Assembly (NCBI GenBank): GCA_029262775.1
Contig: JAJCYR010000058.1
Span: 2,653-66,652, forward strand
From: Bacteroidota bacterium
Lineage (GTDB): Bacteria > Bacteroidota > Rhodothermia > Rhodothermales > UBA10348
Direction of reading: 5' to 3'
Length of the DNA stretch: 64,000 nucleotides
Shown: positions 38,656 through 47,932 of the stretch, in pieces
How the letters are laid out: every line of letters starts with the position of its first letter
How positions within the stretch are numbered: position 1 is the stretch's first letter
Notes under the pieces: generated by a model
Seen by the model: the letters and a program-made list of their open reading frames with translations, nothing else
The model's database searches: none
What the model was told of the DNA's origin: nothing
Translations under genes and position numbers: made by a program

Positions 38656-39006
38656 ATGGTCTCCCAGAAGCTCATCGCTGCATCGTACGTACCTATCGTT
38701 CTATCCCTGTTGAATGAAGGGGATACGTACGGTTACGACCTGATCAAGCAGATCTCACGTCTCTCCGAAGAGTCAATCCGTTGGACACCCGGAAAGCTGT
38801 ATCCACTGCTCCACGACATGGAGTCGGAGGGACTGCTGGAGGCGACGTGGCGAACAGCACACAACGGGCGCGAGCGCAAATATTATGGCATCACTTCCAA
38901 AGGAGAGCGATCCCTTCAGCGAGCGAAAGCCGACTGGTTGAACGTCCATGCTGTGTTGTCCAGGCTCTGGAAACTGGATGGCGGCGGGGCGCTCGTACCC
39001 GCATGA
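38656..39006 (+). CDS. PadR family transcriptional regulator
   Basis: 'YGYDLIKQI', 'GKLYPLLHDMESEGLL' and 'RKYYGITSKGE' form a winged helix. Confidence 0.9.
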   Translation: MVSQKLIAASYVPIVLSLLNEGDTYGYDLIKQISRLSEESIRWTPGKLYPLLHDMESEGLLEATWRTAHNGRERKYYGITSKGERSLQRAKADWLNVHAVLSRLWKLDGGGALVPA

Positions 39007-41660
39007 GCGGGTCATTCAATTTGGAGGCGGCCATTTCCGCGTGGCGACGCCCCCTCGAGCACATGCGATCCGTTTCCGTGGATGACCTCCGCGAGCTCGA
39101 AAGTGGCCTTCGTGATTCCATAGATGACATGGTCGCGGATGGAATGCCAGTGGAGACGGCATTCCGACGGGCGGTCCGGGACCTTGACGATCCGTTCGAG
39201 ATCGAGCAGGAATACAGAAAGGTGTTCTGGAAGAAATCCGTCCATAGACACACAATTGCCTCTGAATTCAACCATCATGCTGCCATGCTTCGAAACTATC
39301 TCATGACAGGCCTTCGTTCCATGAGCCGTCAAAAGGGCTACAGTTTCATCAACATTGCGGGGCTCGCATTCGGCCTGGCCGCGTGTATCCTCCTGCTGCT
39401 CTTCATCCGGGAAGAATTGAGCTTCGATACGTTCCAGCAGCATGGAGACCGCATATACCGAGTCGTGCAATCTCAGGACGATGCCAGCATGGCGTACCAG
39501 TCGTCGCTATTGGGCCCCATCATGGAGCGGGAGATACCCGCCGTGGAAGCCACCGTGCGGTTCCGTAAAATAGACGAGGTATCTATCGGGGCAGAAGGCG
39601 AACCGGTCCAGACCGCACCCGGATTCCTGTATGTTGACGCCGCATTCTTCCAGGTATTTTCCTTCGTGCTGGAGCGAGGCGATCCCCTTCATGCGCTCGA
39701 CAAACCGTGGTCGGTCGTGCTCACCCGGTCCCAGGCGGAGAATTATTTTCCCGGGCAGGACCCGATGGGTGCCTTGCTTCCCGTTCACGGGGGCGAACCC
39801 TTTACCGTCACTGGTATTGTGGCAGATCCACCCGCAGCATCGTCCATCCAGTTTGGTTTTTTGGCCTCCATGTCCACGCTCGACGTGCATCCGTCGGAGC
39901 AGGGCATGTTTCGAAGCGGATGGGGTGCATCTGCATATCCCACGTATGTCATGCTGGACGTATCGGCTTCGGCTGGCGTCGTGGAATCCATATTGCCCGC
40001 CATACTCGCCGCTCAGACGGATGCAGAGTACATCCTCGAAGCAGACTTCACACTGGAACCGCTGAAGGATCACCACTTTTCGGCTGTTTCCGGCGCTCTG
40101 GCCGAGACCTCCGACATCCGCTTTCTGTTCGTGTTCTCCACGATAGCCGCGCTCATTCTCGGCATTGCCTGCGTGAATTACATCAATCTGTCGACAGCTC
40201 GGGCCAGCCTGCGGGCGCGCGAGATCGGTATCCGGAAAGTAGTAGGAGCCGATCGCGGCATGCTCCGACGTCAGTTCCTGGGCGAATCCATGATGACGGC
40301 GATCCTGGCGTTGGTTATTGGACTGGGGCTCGTCGTGGCTGCCGTCGGGCCCTTCGCGTCACTCGTCGATCGCTCTATCGACGTTCGCGACCTGGCGGAC
40401 GGCCCGTTGCTCGCATCTATCGGGCTTATGCTCATTTTGGTCGGCCTACTGGCCGGAAGCTGGCCGGCCGCCGTGTTGTCGCGGTTTCATCCTACCCAGG
40501 TGTTGAAAGGGCAGTCTGGCGCATCTACATCCGGCAACATGCTGCGCCGCGTTCTGGTGGTCTTTCAGTTCAGCATCTCCATTGTACTGATCATTTCGAC
40601 CATCACCATCCACCGGCAATTGGGTTTCATCCAGGAAAAGGACCTGGGCCTTGCGGCTGACCGCGTGGTATCGCTTTCCCTTCGGGGTCCGCTTCGGGCC
40701 CAGGCGGACGTGTTCGCGGAACGGCTTTCGCACGTGCCAAATATTGCAGGTGTATCCCTGTCGGGCGGCATTCCGACCCGAGGCACCGTTCGATTCGCCT
40801 TCACAATGAACGATGAGCAGCGCTTCGCCCCGGTGTTTCCCGTCGATACCGATTTCATGGATACGATGGAAATGACATTGGTCTCTGGCCGCGGCTTCAG
40901 TCCCGACATCAACGACGCTTCCGGAAAGACGGCCGTCGGCGGTGCCATCGTGAACGAGACCATGGCGGCGCTGCTCGGCTTCGAAGACCCTGTCGGGCAG
41001 ATGCTTCCATTGACCCCCAACGGCAGCACCTATCGCATCGTGGGAGTCGTCAAGGATTTTCATATGACTTCTCTGCACGAACCCATTGCGCCCATGGTTC
41101 TCGCGCCCCTCGAAGATTACTGGACACGTTGGGCTTCGGTGAGGGTGACCGGAACCGACTACCGCCGCGTGCTGGGCGATCTCGAGACGGTCTGGAACGA
41201 GTTGGCACCAGAAGAGCCGTTCACCTATCTGTTCCTTGACGATGCCTTTGATCAGCTCTATAAAGGCCCGTACCAACTGGCCCGTCTGTTCGACACGTTC
41301 TCGCTCGTGGCCATCGTCGTGGCGTGCCTTGGCCTGTTTGGACTGGCGGCCTTTTCGACGGTCCGGCGCACGCGGGAAATTGGCCTTCGCAAAGCGCTCG
41401 GTTCCAGCCGCCGGGGAATACTGGTCCTGTTTTCCCGAGAGTTCCTCCTCCTTATTTTGGTTGCCTACGCCCTTGCGACACCTGTGGCGTGGCTGGTCAT
41501 GCAAAAATGGCTCGATACGTTCGCCTACCGCACCGAAGTGGATGCCGCCTCGCTGCTCGTCAGCGGGCTCCTTATGGCGTTCGTCGCTCTCGCCACGGTG
41601 GGATGGCAATCTTTCCGGGCAGCCTCCATCAACCCAACCGAGGCGCTCCGTCACGTGTGA
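39003..41660 (+). CDS. duplicated FtsX/MacB-type ABC permease with an N-terminal cytoplasmic prefix domain (no cognate ATPase adjacent)
   Basis: 885 aa from the ATG at 39003 (ATGA overlap with padR). A roughly 90-aa helical N-domain is followed by two (TM + large extracytoplasmic domain + 3 TM FtsX) modules, e.g. 'REIGIRKVVGA' and 'REIGLRKALGS'. Confidence 0.85.
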   Translation: MSGSFNLEAAISAWRRPLEHMRSVSVDDLRELESGLRDSIDDMVADGMPVETAFRRAVRDLDDPFEIEQEYRKVFWKKSVHRHTIASEFNHHAAMLRNYLMTGLRSMSRQKGYSFINIAGLAFGLAACILLLLFIREELSFDTFQQHGDRIYRVVQSQDDASMAYQSSLLGPIMEREIPAVEATVRFRKIDEVSIGAEGEPVQTAPGFLYVDAAFFQVFSFVLERGDPLHALDKPWSVVLTRSQAENYFPGQDPMGALLPVHGGEPFTVTGIVADPPAASSIQFGFLASMSTLDVHPSEQGMFRSGWGASAYPTYVMLDVSASAGVVESILPAILAAQTDAEYILEADFTLEPLKDHHFSAVSGALAETSDIRFLFVFSTIAALILGIACVNYINLSTARASLRAREIGIRKVVGADRGMLRRQFLGESMMTAILALVIGLGLVVAAVGPFASLVDRSIDVRDLADGPLLASIGLMLILVGLLAGSWPAAVLSRFHPTQVLKGQSGASTSGNMLRRVLVVFQFSISIVLIISTITIHRQLGFIQEKDLGLAADRVVSLSLRGPLRAQADVFAERLSHVPNIAGVSLSGGIPTRGTVRFAFTMNDEQRFAPVFPVDTDFMDTMEMTLVSGRGFSPDINDASGKTAVGGAIVNETMAALLGFEDPVGQMLPLTPNGSTYRIVGVVKDFHMTSLHEPIAPMVLAPLEDYWTRWASVRVTGTDYRRVLGDLETVWNELAPEEPFTYLFLDDAFDQLYKGPYQLARLFDTFSLVAIVVACLGLFGLAAFSTVRRTREIGLRKALGSSRRGILVLFSREFLLLILVAYALATPVAWLVMQKWLDTFAYRTEVDAASLLVSGLLMAFVALATVGWQSFRAASINPTEALRHV

Positions 41661-41761
41661 GAATCTGCGTCCCTACGAATCCGATCCGGTTCGTAACGGC
41701 GGCAGAGTCGGTGTGTTTACCCGGCAACTCGATCCGGCCCGGAACGTTGAGAGCCTATAGC

Positions 41762-41793
41762 CAGCGTGCCACCTTGCCACCTTGCCAGCGTGC
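41762..41793. repeat. A-B-B-A array of 8-mers in the esterase upstream region
   Basis: CAGCGTGC CACCTTGC CACCTTGC CAGCGTGC are contiguous, 45 nt upstream of the ATG at 41839. Confidence 0.8.
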
Positions 41794-41838
41794 ACATCGG
41801 CAAGCAGAGGATTCCCCATAACCTGATACCACGGGCCC

Positions 41839-42558
41839 ATGCTGTTCCTGCTCCTCCTTCTGCTCGCGACCGACCTTACCGACAATATCGTCGTGTACAG
41901 CCAGTCGCTGGACTATAATCTTCAATACCGGGTCTACACACCACCCGACATGCAGCCAGGCGATGAGCTTCCGGTCCTTTACGTGGCCGACGGTCAGTGG
42001 TACATTGACGAGGGCGAATTGCCAGCCCTTCTGGACCGCATGATCGAGGCGGGCGACATAGAGCCGCTCGTGGCCGTGTTCATCGACAACCGGAATCCCG
42101 ATTTTCTGCGCGAAAACCGCCGCGCGCGCCAATTTTTCTGCAACGAGAAGTACATTCGATTCGTGACGGACGAATTGGTGCCCGTTATTGACCGGGACTA
42201 CCCGACGGCTGGTAATGCGGCATCGCGGACCATGCTGGGCCTGTCGTTCGGTGGATTGAACGCGGCCTGTTTCGGCCTCCATGCCCACAACACATTCGGC
42301 GGCATTGCCATGCAGTCACCCGCAATGCACCCTGTACCCACCATTTGGCAGGCCTACGAAGACTCCACACGCCTGCCTCTCAAGGTTTTCCTCAGTACAG
42401 GAAACCGGCAGGACAACGAGGCGCGCACTCGGCGACTCCGGGACATCCTCCAAGCGAAAGACTACCCTATGCGCTACCTCGAAGTCCCGTACGGGCACAA
42501 TTGGAACAACTGGAAACCCCTGCTGGACGATGTGCTTACGTGGTTCTACTTGCGATAA
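41839..42558 (+). CDS. secreted esterase (esterase D / enterochelin-esterase-like alpha/beta hydrolase)
   Basis: It has an N-terminal signal, 'PVLYVADGQ', a 'GLSFGG' nucleophile elbow and 'YGHNW'. Confidence 0.8.
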   Translation: MLFLLLLLLATDLTDNIVVYSQSLDYNLQYRVYTPPDMQPGDELPVLYVADGQWYIDEGELPALLDRMIEAGDIEPLVAVFIDNRNPDFLRENRRARQFFCNEKYIRFVTDELVPVIDRDYPTAGNAASRTMLGLSFGGLNAACFGLHAHNTFGGIAMQSPAMHPVPTIWQAYEDSTRLPLKVFLSTGNRQDNEARTRRLRDILQAKDYPMRYLEVPYGHNWNNWKPLLDDVLTWFYLR

Positions 42559-43174
42559 GGAAGAATCAAAGGATGCAGGGGGACGCCATGGGAGTAGCCT
42601 CGCGATGGCCGGCCGTCCCAGTCAATGACAACAATTTCGTGTCCGAGTCTTGAGACCACGAGCCCTGTTGAGTCGACCGTGATGAATCGGTATTCAGAAA
42701 ATATGCCCCCGGTTGTCAGGTCATGCGTTTCCTCGTCCAAGGCTACGATGTACAAAGGCAGACCATCTATCGACAACGGTCGCTGATGGGTGACGTCGAA
42801 GTTGGAACGTCGGCATCATTCATTGCCATAAGCGACCACGGGCGCGTGAACTCCCCGGGCCCGCGTCCTTTCGACCCAAAATCGCCGTTCTCGGCGGGGC
42901 TGGAGAGGTTGTACCACCGGAATACCGAAGAGTCCGACACGTCCACGGAGATGAGTTGATCTCTTGTTACGATCATTTCGAGAGGTAATCCTACAAGATC
43001 TGACTTGACAAAATCTGGAATGTCCACTACGCGATCGCTCCTCAGGTCATTCCATACAACGGGGATTTCTGGAGCGTATTGAAAAACGTCCGGCAGTTCT
43101 CTGCGATTGCACCCGCAGAGAACTGCCGCAACTGATATGGCCAGAAATATTGGATATTCTCTCATGTTCGGCAC
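42546..43174 (-). pseudogene. decayed 6-bladed beta-propeller lipoprotein gene (copy A), frameshifted and truncated
   Basis: A lipoprotein signal ('LAISVAAVLCGC') and a 'GSKGRGPGEF' motif are present. The frame breaks near 42770 and continues in ORF 42546..42776. The total of about 210 aa compares with the roughly 350+ expected. G+C is low. Confidence 0.5.
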
Positions 43175-43205
43175 TCCATTTTACCCTTTTTGTACCAGAG
43201 TATTC

Positions 43206-44612
43206 TCACACCACCGCCAATTTCCACCGGCCCAGGCGGAACTGCCAGATGCTGATGAGCGCGGCCGCGAGCTGGCCCGCGACAATACCCCAGAAAACGC
43301 CTTCCGGACCGAGCTCTGTCTGCAGCGCCAGCCACCACGCCACCGGTAGCTGGATAACCCAGAAGGCAAACAGGTGAATCCACGTCGGGGTCGTCGTATC
43401 ACCCGCGCCATTGAACGCCTGGATGAGTACCATGCTGACGGCCCAGATCGGGTAGGCGGCCGTCAAAATACGGATGCTCTGCACGCCGACGGATACGGCC
43501 GCCGCGTCGAACACAAACCAGAGAACGACGGTATCGGCGAACCACCAGAAGGTGGCTCCCATAAGGGCCAGAAACACGGCGTCAACCGCCGTACAGTACC
43601 ACACCGAGCGGACAGCCCGGTCCGGCTGCTTTGCACCGAGGTTCTGCCCAACGAGTGTCGCCGCCGCGTTCGCGATGCCCCAGGACGGCAGGAGAGCGAA
43701 CACAATGATACGGATGGCAACTGTGTACCCGGCCAGCGCCTCGCTGCCAAACTCAGCCATGATCCGCATGAGGGCGAGCCAACTGGCTGTTCCCACGAGG
43801 TACTGCATCATGCCGGGCAGTGAAATGCGCACCAAGCGCCTGAGCACCGATCCATGGACCACCATATGGCGCCTCAGCACCCGCAGCCGGCCCCGCCCTC
43901 CCATAAGTATCCAGATCTGGTAGGCCACGCCCGTCCCGCGCCCAATTGCGGTCGCCACAGCGGCGCCCGTCACGCCCATGGCGGGTACAGGGCCCCATCC
44001 AAAAATCAGGATCGGGTCCAGGATGATATTCAGTATGTTGGCCATCCAAAGGGCGCGCATGGCCATGGAGGCATCGCCCGCGCCGCGAAACACCGCATTG
44101 AACAGGAAAAGCAGCAGGATCGTGGCATTCGTGCCCAGCATGACCTGGGCATAGCCCGTTCCTACCTCAACGACCGCAGCCGACGCGCCCATGAGCCGAA
44201 GCAGGTCATCAGCAATGAAGACGCACACAAATCCGACCGGGATGGCCACGCCGATGGTCAGCAGAAACGCCTGCCAGACGGTTGACGACGCCCCTTCCGG
44301 ATCGCCTTCGCCTGTGCGCCGCGCCACCATGGCGGTTGCGGCCATGCTGAGGCCGAGCCCGATGGCGAACACGATGATGATGAGGCTCGCGGTAATACCA
44401 ACGGCCGCGACCGCATCGGCGCCGAGCCGCCCGACGAAATAGATATCCACGACCTCGAGGACCGATTGCATGACCATCTCGAGCACCATCGGAATGGAGA
44501 GCACGATGATGGCACGCCAGAGGCTGCCGGAGGTGTAGTTGAAGGACCGGCCGCGTATTGCGGCCGCAATGTCGCCGCGCAGCGACGTGCTGGAAGGAGT
44601 ACTTGAATGCAT
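43206..44612 (-). CDS. MATE family efflux transporter
   Basis: 468 aa, 12 TM helices, with the typical MATE N-terminus 'LWRAIIVLSIPMVLEMVMQSVLEVVDIYFVGRLG'. Confidence 0.9.
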   Translation of the reverse strand: MHSSTPSSTSLRGDIAAAIRGRSFNYTSGSLWRAIIVLSIPMVLEMVMQSVLEVVDIYFVGRLGADAVAAVGITASLIIIVFAIGLGLSMAATAMVARRTGEGDPEGASSTVWQAFLLTIGVAIPVGFVCVFIADDLLRLMGASAAVVEVGTGYAQVMLGTNATILLLFLFNAVFRGAGDASMAMRALWMANILNIILDPILIFGWGPVPAMGVTGAAVATAIGRGTGVAYQIWILMGGRGRLRVLRRHMVVHGSVLRRLVRISLPGMMQYLVGTASWLALMRIMAEFGSEALAGYTVAIRIIVFALLPSWGIANAAATLVGQNLGAKQPDRAVRSVWYCTAVDAVFLALMGATFWWFADTVVLWFVFDAAAVSVGVQSIRILTAAYPIWAVSMVLIQAFNGAGDTTTPTWIHLFAFWVIQLPVAWWLALQTELGPEGVFWGIVAGQLAAALISIWQFRLGRWKLAVV

Positions 44613-44639
44613 GAATCGCCGGGTTAAAGAGCGATTCGG

Positions 44640-45173
44640 TCACGCGGGTGTTGCGTGGGTCATGAACCGCTGGCCTATCGAAAGAAGAGCTTCACTGGAT
44701 GCGAGGCGTGGCGACGATGTACATGATTCAGCACCTGGTGATGTGACTGCGTGGAACGGTCGGCCTGGAATTTGGGCGATGGGATGAATACACACCGTAG
44801 GGGCCGCATACCCAACAGGTGTCCATTTGACCGTGTCTGAAACCGTTATCGTGGTCGGCTTCATCATGTGGCTCTACGATTAACGACTCCTCAACACGGT
44901 CCGTAATCACCCCAAACCCTGCAATGACCAGGAACGCGTGAACTCCCCGGGCCCGCGCCCTTTCGACCCAAAATCGCCATTGGCATTCGGGTCGGAGATA
45001 TCATACCATCTGAATGCCGAAGAATCAGTAATGTCGACAGAAATGAGATGTTCACCAGCTACAATCAACTCAAGTGGCAGGCCCACAAGTTCTGATTTTA
45101 CAAAATCGGAAACGTGCAATACACGGTCACTCCTCAGGTCATTTGTTATTATCGGTACTTCGGCACCAGGCAT
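44640..45173 (-). pseudogene. decayed 6-bladed beta-propeller gene (copy B), no signal peptide, at least 2 frameshifts
   Basis: ORF 44907..45173 is colinear with copy A ('NDLRSDRV...DFVKSELVGLPLE...GDFGSKGRGPGEFTR'). Homology continues in two other frames (ORFs 44728..44910 and 44640..44867). Confidence 0.5.
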
Positions 45174-45201
45174 TAACTATCTGGTTAAACCACTCAGTTA
45201 A
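45173..45201. promoter_or_regulatory. TTAAC/GTTAA half-site cluster upstream of the TetR gene (candidate operator)
   Basis: TTAAC-N6-GTTAA-N8-GTTAA lies between the propeller relic and the TetR ATG (45220). Confidence 0.3.
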
Positions 45202-45219
45202 TACAAACACTGCCCACTC

Positions 45220-45690
45220 ATGGAGTCAGAACAGAACACAAAGGCACGCATTCAGGCCGCCGCGCACCGCGTCTTCGTGCGCCAGGGTACATTCGAAGCA
45301 CGAACACAGGACATTGCCCATGAGGCCGGTGTGAACAAAGCACTGCTTCATTACTACTCCGGGAGCAAGCTCGTTCAACTCATGGGGTCAGACATACCCC
45401 TTGCCGACAAGCTTCACGCAGCAGTCGACTTCAAATTCGGCATTCTTGAAGAAAACCCATACCTGCCCGGGTATTTGCTGTCTGAAATCCAGTCCCGACA
45501 GCACTCCGTGCGAGATATCCGGAGCCGACACATCCCGATGGACCTGTTCAGGGACGCCATCCTGGTTCGGCTTTGGCCGATTCCATCATGCGCAGTCTTG
45601 CGCCAGATTGAATCTGACTTTTTTTACACTACCGTTAACCAAATGGATAAAACAGGTCCTGATAACAGGCCCTATCCAGTCAACCCATGA
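45220..45690 (+). CDS. TetR/AcrR family regulator, unusually short and possibly degenerate
   Basis: The HTH 'TQDIAHEAGVNKALLHYY' is followed by 'LEENPYLPGYLLSEI'. It is only 156 aa, with an apparent internal gap after HYY and an atypical C-terminus. G+C is lower than in neighbours. The stop overlaps the next ATG. Confidence 0.6.
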   Translation: MESEQNTKARIQAAAHRVFVRQGTFEARTQDIAHEAGVNKALLHYYSGSKLVQLMGSDIPLADKLHAAVDFKFGILEENPYLPGYLLSEIQSRQHSVRDIRSRHIPMDLFRDAILVRLWPIPSCAVLRQIESDFFYTTVNQMDKTGPDNRPYPVNP

Positions 45691-46985
45691 AATCGACAGG
45701 TTTGATACTCGTTCTGCTCGCTGGTTTGGTGCCGGACGCGACTATGGCCCAGGTTGCGCCTCCGGACGTCCTGACGCTCGGCATCGTCCGCCGGGCCACA
45801 ACCGCTGAGGATGCCCGATCCATTCAACCCGGAATCCTGGAACAGGCCAGTGCACTCCGCTTGAGCGCACTTCGTGCCGGACGGGGGCCACGTGTCGCCT
45901 TGTCTGGTCAAGCCACCATCCAATCCGACGTCCCAGGTATTCCCGTCTCTATTCCGGGCCAAGTCGTCCCAGACGTGCCGGAAGAACAGTTCCGATCCGG
46001 ATTCGATGCCGAGATCCTGTTGTACGACGGGCAGCGCATGAAACGTCAGTCGGCCTCCGAGCGGGCCCGCCTGGCCCAGGAACTTGCGGGCGTGGAGATA
46101 TCGATCAACCAGATGCGCGACGTGGCCACCGAAACGTTTTTCAGCGTCCGCCTGCTCGACGCACGGCATGAGACGTTGGGCCTGGCTGCTGCCGATATCG
46201 GCAGTCAACTCGACCGCGTCGCCAGACAGGTCGAAGAAGGTGCCGTGTTGGCGGCCCACGCCGATGTGCTGCGCGCCGAACTCATCCGCGTGGAGCAGCA
46301 GCGGGCGGAAGTGGCCGCCCTGAGGCGTTCGGCGCGGGATGTGCTATCCCAGTTGACCGGCCTTGCCGTATCGGAGTCCACGGTATTGGCCTCTACCGAA
46401 CACGCCGTGCCGAACCTTGACGGCCTGTTGCCCATCGAGCGCCCAGAGCTCGCCCAATGGGCGCGCGCCGCCGAGCGTGCGGAAGCCGAAGCGGCGGCGC
46501 GCGCCGTAGAAAACCGCCCCACCGTCAGCCTGTTCGGTCAGGCCGGTGTGGGTAGACCCAATCCGTACAATTTCTTTTCCGATGACGTTTCAGAGTATGG
46601 ACTGGCTGGAATCCGGCTCCGGTGGTCCGTTTTTGACGGTGGGCGCATTCGGAAACAGACACGCGCCCTCAAATTGCAGGTCTCAATAGCCGAATCCGAA
46701 TCCGATGCCTTCCGCCAGCAGGTCCTGCGTTCCATTGCCAGAGACCGCGAGACACTCGCCTTCCTGACATCCGCCCTGGAGACCGACGAGCAGATTGTGG
46801 CGCTCCGCGAGCGCATTCTGGACGTGGCGCGGACACAGCTTGCCGAGGGCATCCTTCTGCCCGACGCCTACACCGACCGCGTCACCGATTTGGCCAATGC
46901 CCGGCTGGAACAGGCGCGCCACAAACTGGAACGAGAGCAGACACAGGCCCGCATTCTATCTACACTCGGAATCCTTGACACATGA
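45687..46985 (+). CDS. TolC-family outer membrane efflux protein
   Basis: It has a signal peptide and two OEP repeats rich in coiled-coil heptads. Confidence 0.85.
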   Translation: MKSTGLILVLLAGLVPDATMAQVAPPDVLTLGIVRRATTAEDARSIQPGILEQASALRLSALRAGRGPRVALSGQATIQSDVPGIPVSIPGQVVPDVPEEQFRSGFDAEILLYDGQRMKRQSASERARLAQELAGVEISINQMRDVATETFFSVRLLDARHETLGLAAADIGSQLDRVARQVEEGAVLAAHADVLRAELIRVEQQRAEVAALRRSARDVLSQLTGLAVSESTVLASTEHAVPNLDGLLPIERPELAQWARAAERAEAEAAARAVENRPTVSLFGQAGVGRPNPYNFFSDDVSEYGLAGIRLRWSVFDGGRIRKQTRALKLQVSIAESESDAFRQQVLRSIARDRETLAFLTSALETDEQIVALRERILDVARTQLAEGILLPDAYTDRVTDLANARLEQARHKLEREQTQARILSTLGILDT

Positions 46986-47932
46986 AGACCATGACACCCC
47001 GCACATCATCTCCCCTCCTTCTTGCCCTGCTATTTCCCGCCGTCCTCGGAGGATGTGCACAGAATGAACTATCCGACGCATTCGGCAATTTCGAAGCGAC
47101 CGAAGTCGTTGTATCGGCCGAGTCCCGCGGGCGACTCCTGGCGTTTGAGGTCCAGGAAGGCGCGCAGCTCATGGCCGACCAATCCGTTGGACTCGTTGAC
47201 ACCACGGCGGCGGCCCTCCAGCGACAGTCGCTGATTGCACAACGTCGCAGCATTGAGGCACAACGTTCAGCGACCCTTGCCCAGATTGCGGAAGTCAATG
47301 CCCAGAAGGGGGTTCTCCAGGTGCAACTGGAGACCGCTACCACCGAACGGGACCGGACCCGACGCCTGTTCGACAGCAACGCCGCCACAGACCGCGAACG
47401 CACGCAGCGGGAAACCGAAGTGCGCCTTGTCATGCGCCAGTTGGACCAGGCCGAATCGCGCATTGTATCCATCCGGGAACAGGCCAACAGCATCCTGGCC
47501 CAAGTCCACCAACTGACCGCTCAGATTGCTGAGGCCGATGCCCGCGTGCAGGATGCCGTCGTGGTAAACCCAACGCCCGGAACGGTACTCACCGTCGTTG
47601 CGCGGCGAGGCGAAATGGTTCAACCGGGTACACCCCTCTACACGATCGCCGACATCAGCACACTGACGCTGAAGGCATTCGCAACCGGCGACCAGTTGCC
47701 CGACTTGAGATTGGGCGCACCGGTAGATGTCATGGTCGATGACGGACAAGGCGGCATCAGGACGCTCTCGGGTACGGTTTCCTGGATTGCATCCCAAGCC
47801 CAATTTACGCCGACGCCCATCCAGACCCGCGACGAGCGGGCTGAACTGGTCTATGCCTTCGACGTCGACGTGTCCAACCCGGACGGTCTGTTGAAGATCG
47901 GCATGCCCGGCGAAGTCAATTTCCAGCCATGA
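46982..47932 (+). CDS. HlyD-family periplasmic adaptor (YbhG-like)
   Basis: It has a lipoprotein-like signal ('LGGC'), a long coiled-coil, and beta-barrel motifs ('GMPGEVNF'). Confidence 0.85.
   Translation: MKTMTPRTSSPLLLALLFPAVLGGCAQNELSDAFGNFEATEVVVSAESRGRLLAFEVQEGAQLMADQSVGLVDTTAAALQRQSLIAQRRSIEAQRSATLAQIAEVNAQKGVLQVQLETATTERDRTRRLFDSNAATDRERTQRETEVRLVMRQLDQAESRIVSIREQANSILAQVHQLTAQIAEADARVQDAVVVNPTPGTVLTVVARRGEMVQPGTPLYTIADISTLTLKAFATGDQLPDLRLGAPVDVMVDDGQGGIRTLSGTVSWIASQAQFTPTPIQTRDERAELVYAFDVDVSNPDGLLKIGMPGEVNFQP

Noticed and set aside
41676-41700. The imperfect palindrome ACGAATCCGATCCGGTTCGT just after the permease stop, considered as a terminator.
   Set aside because: The stem has two mismatches and no U-tract. 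The support is too weak to annotate.
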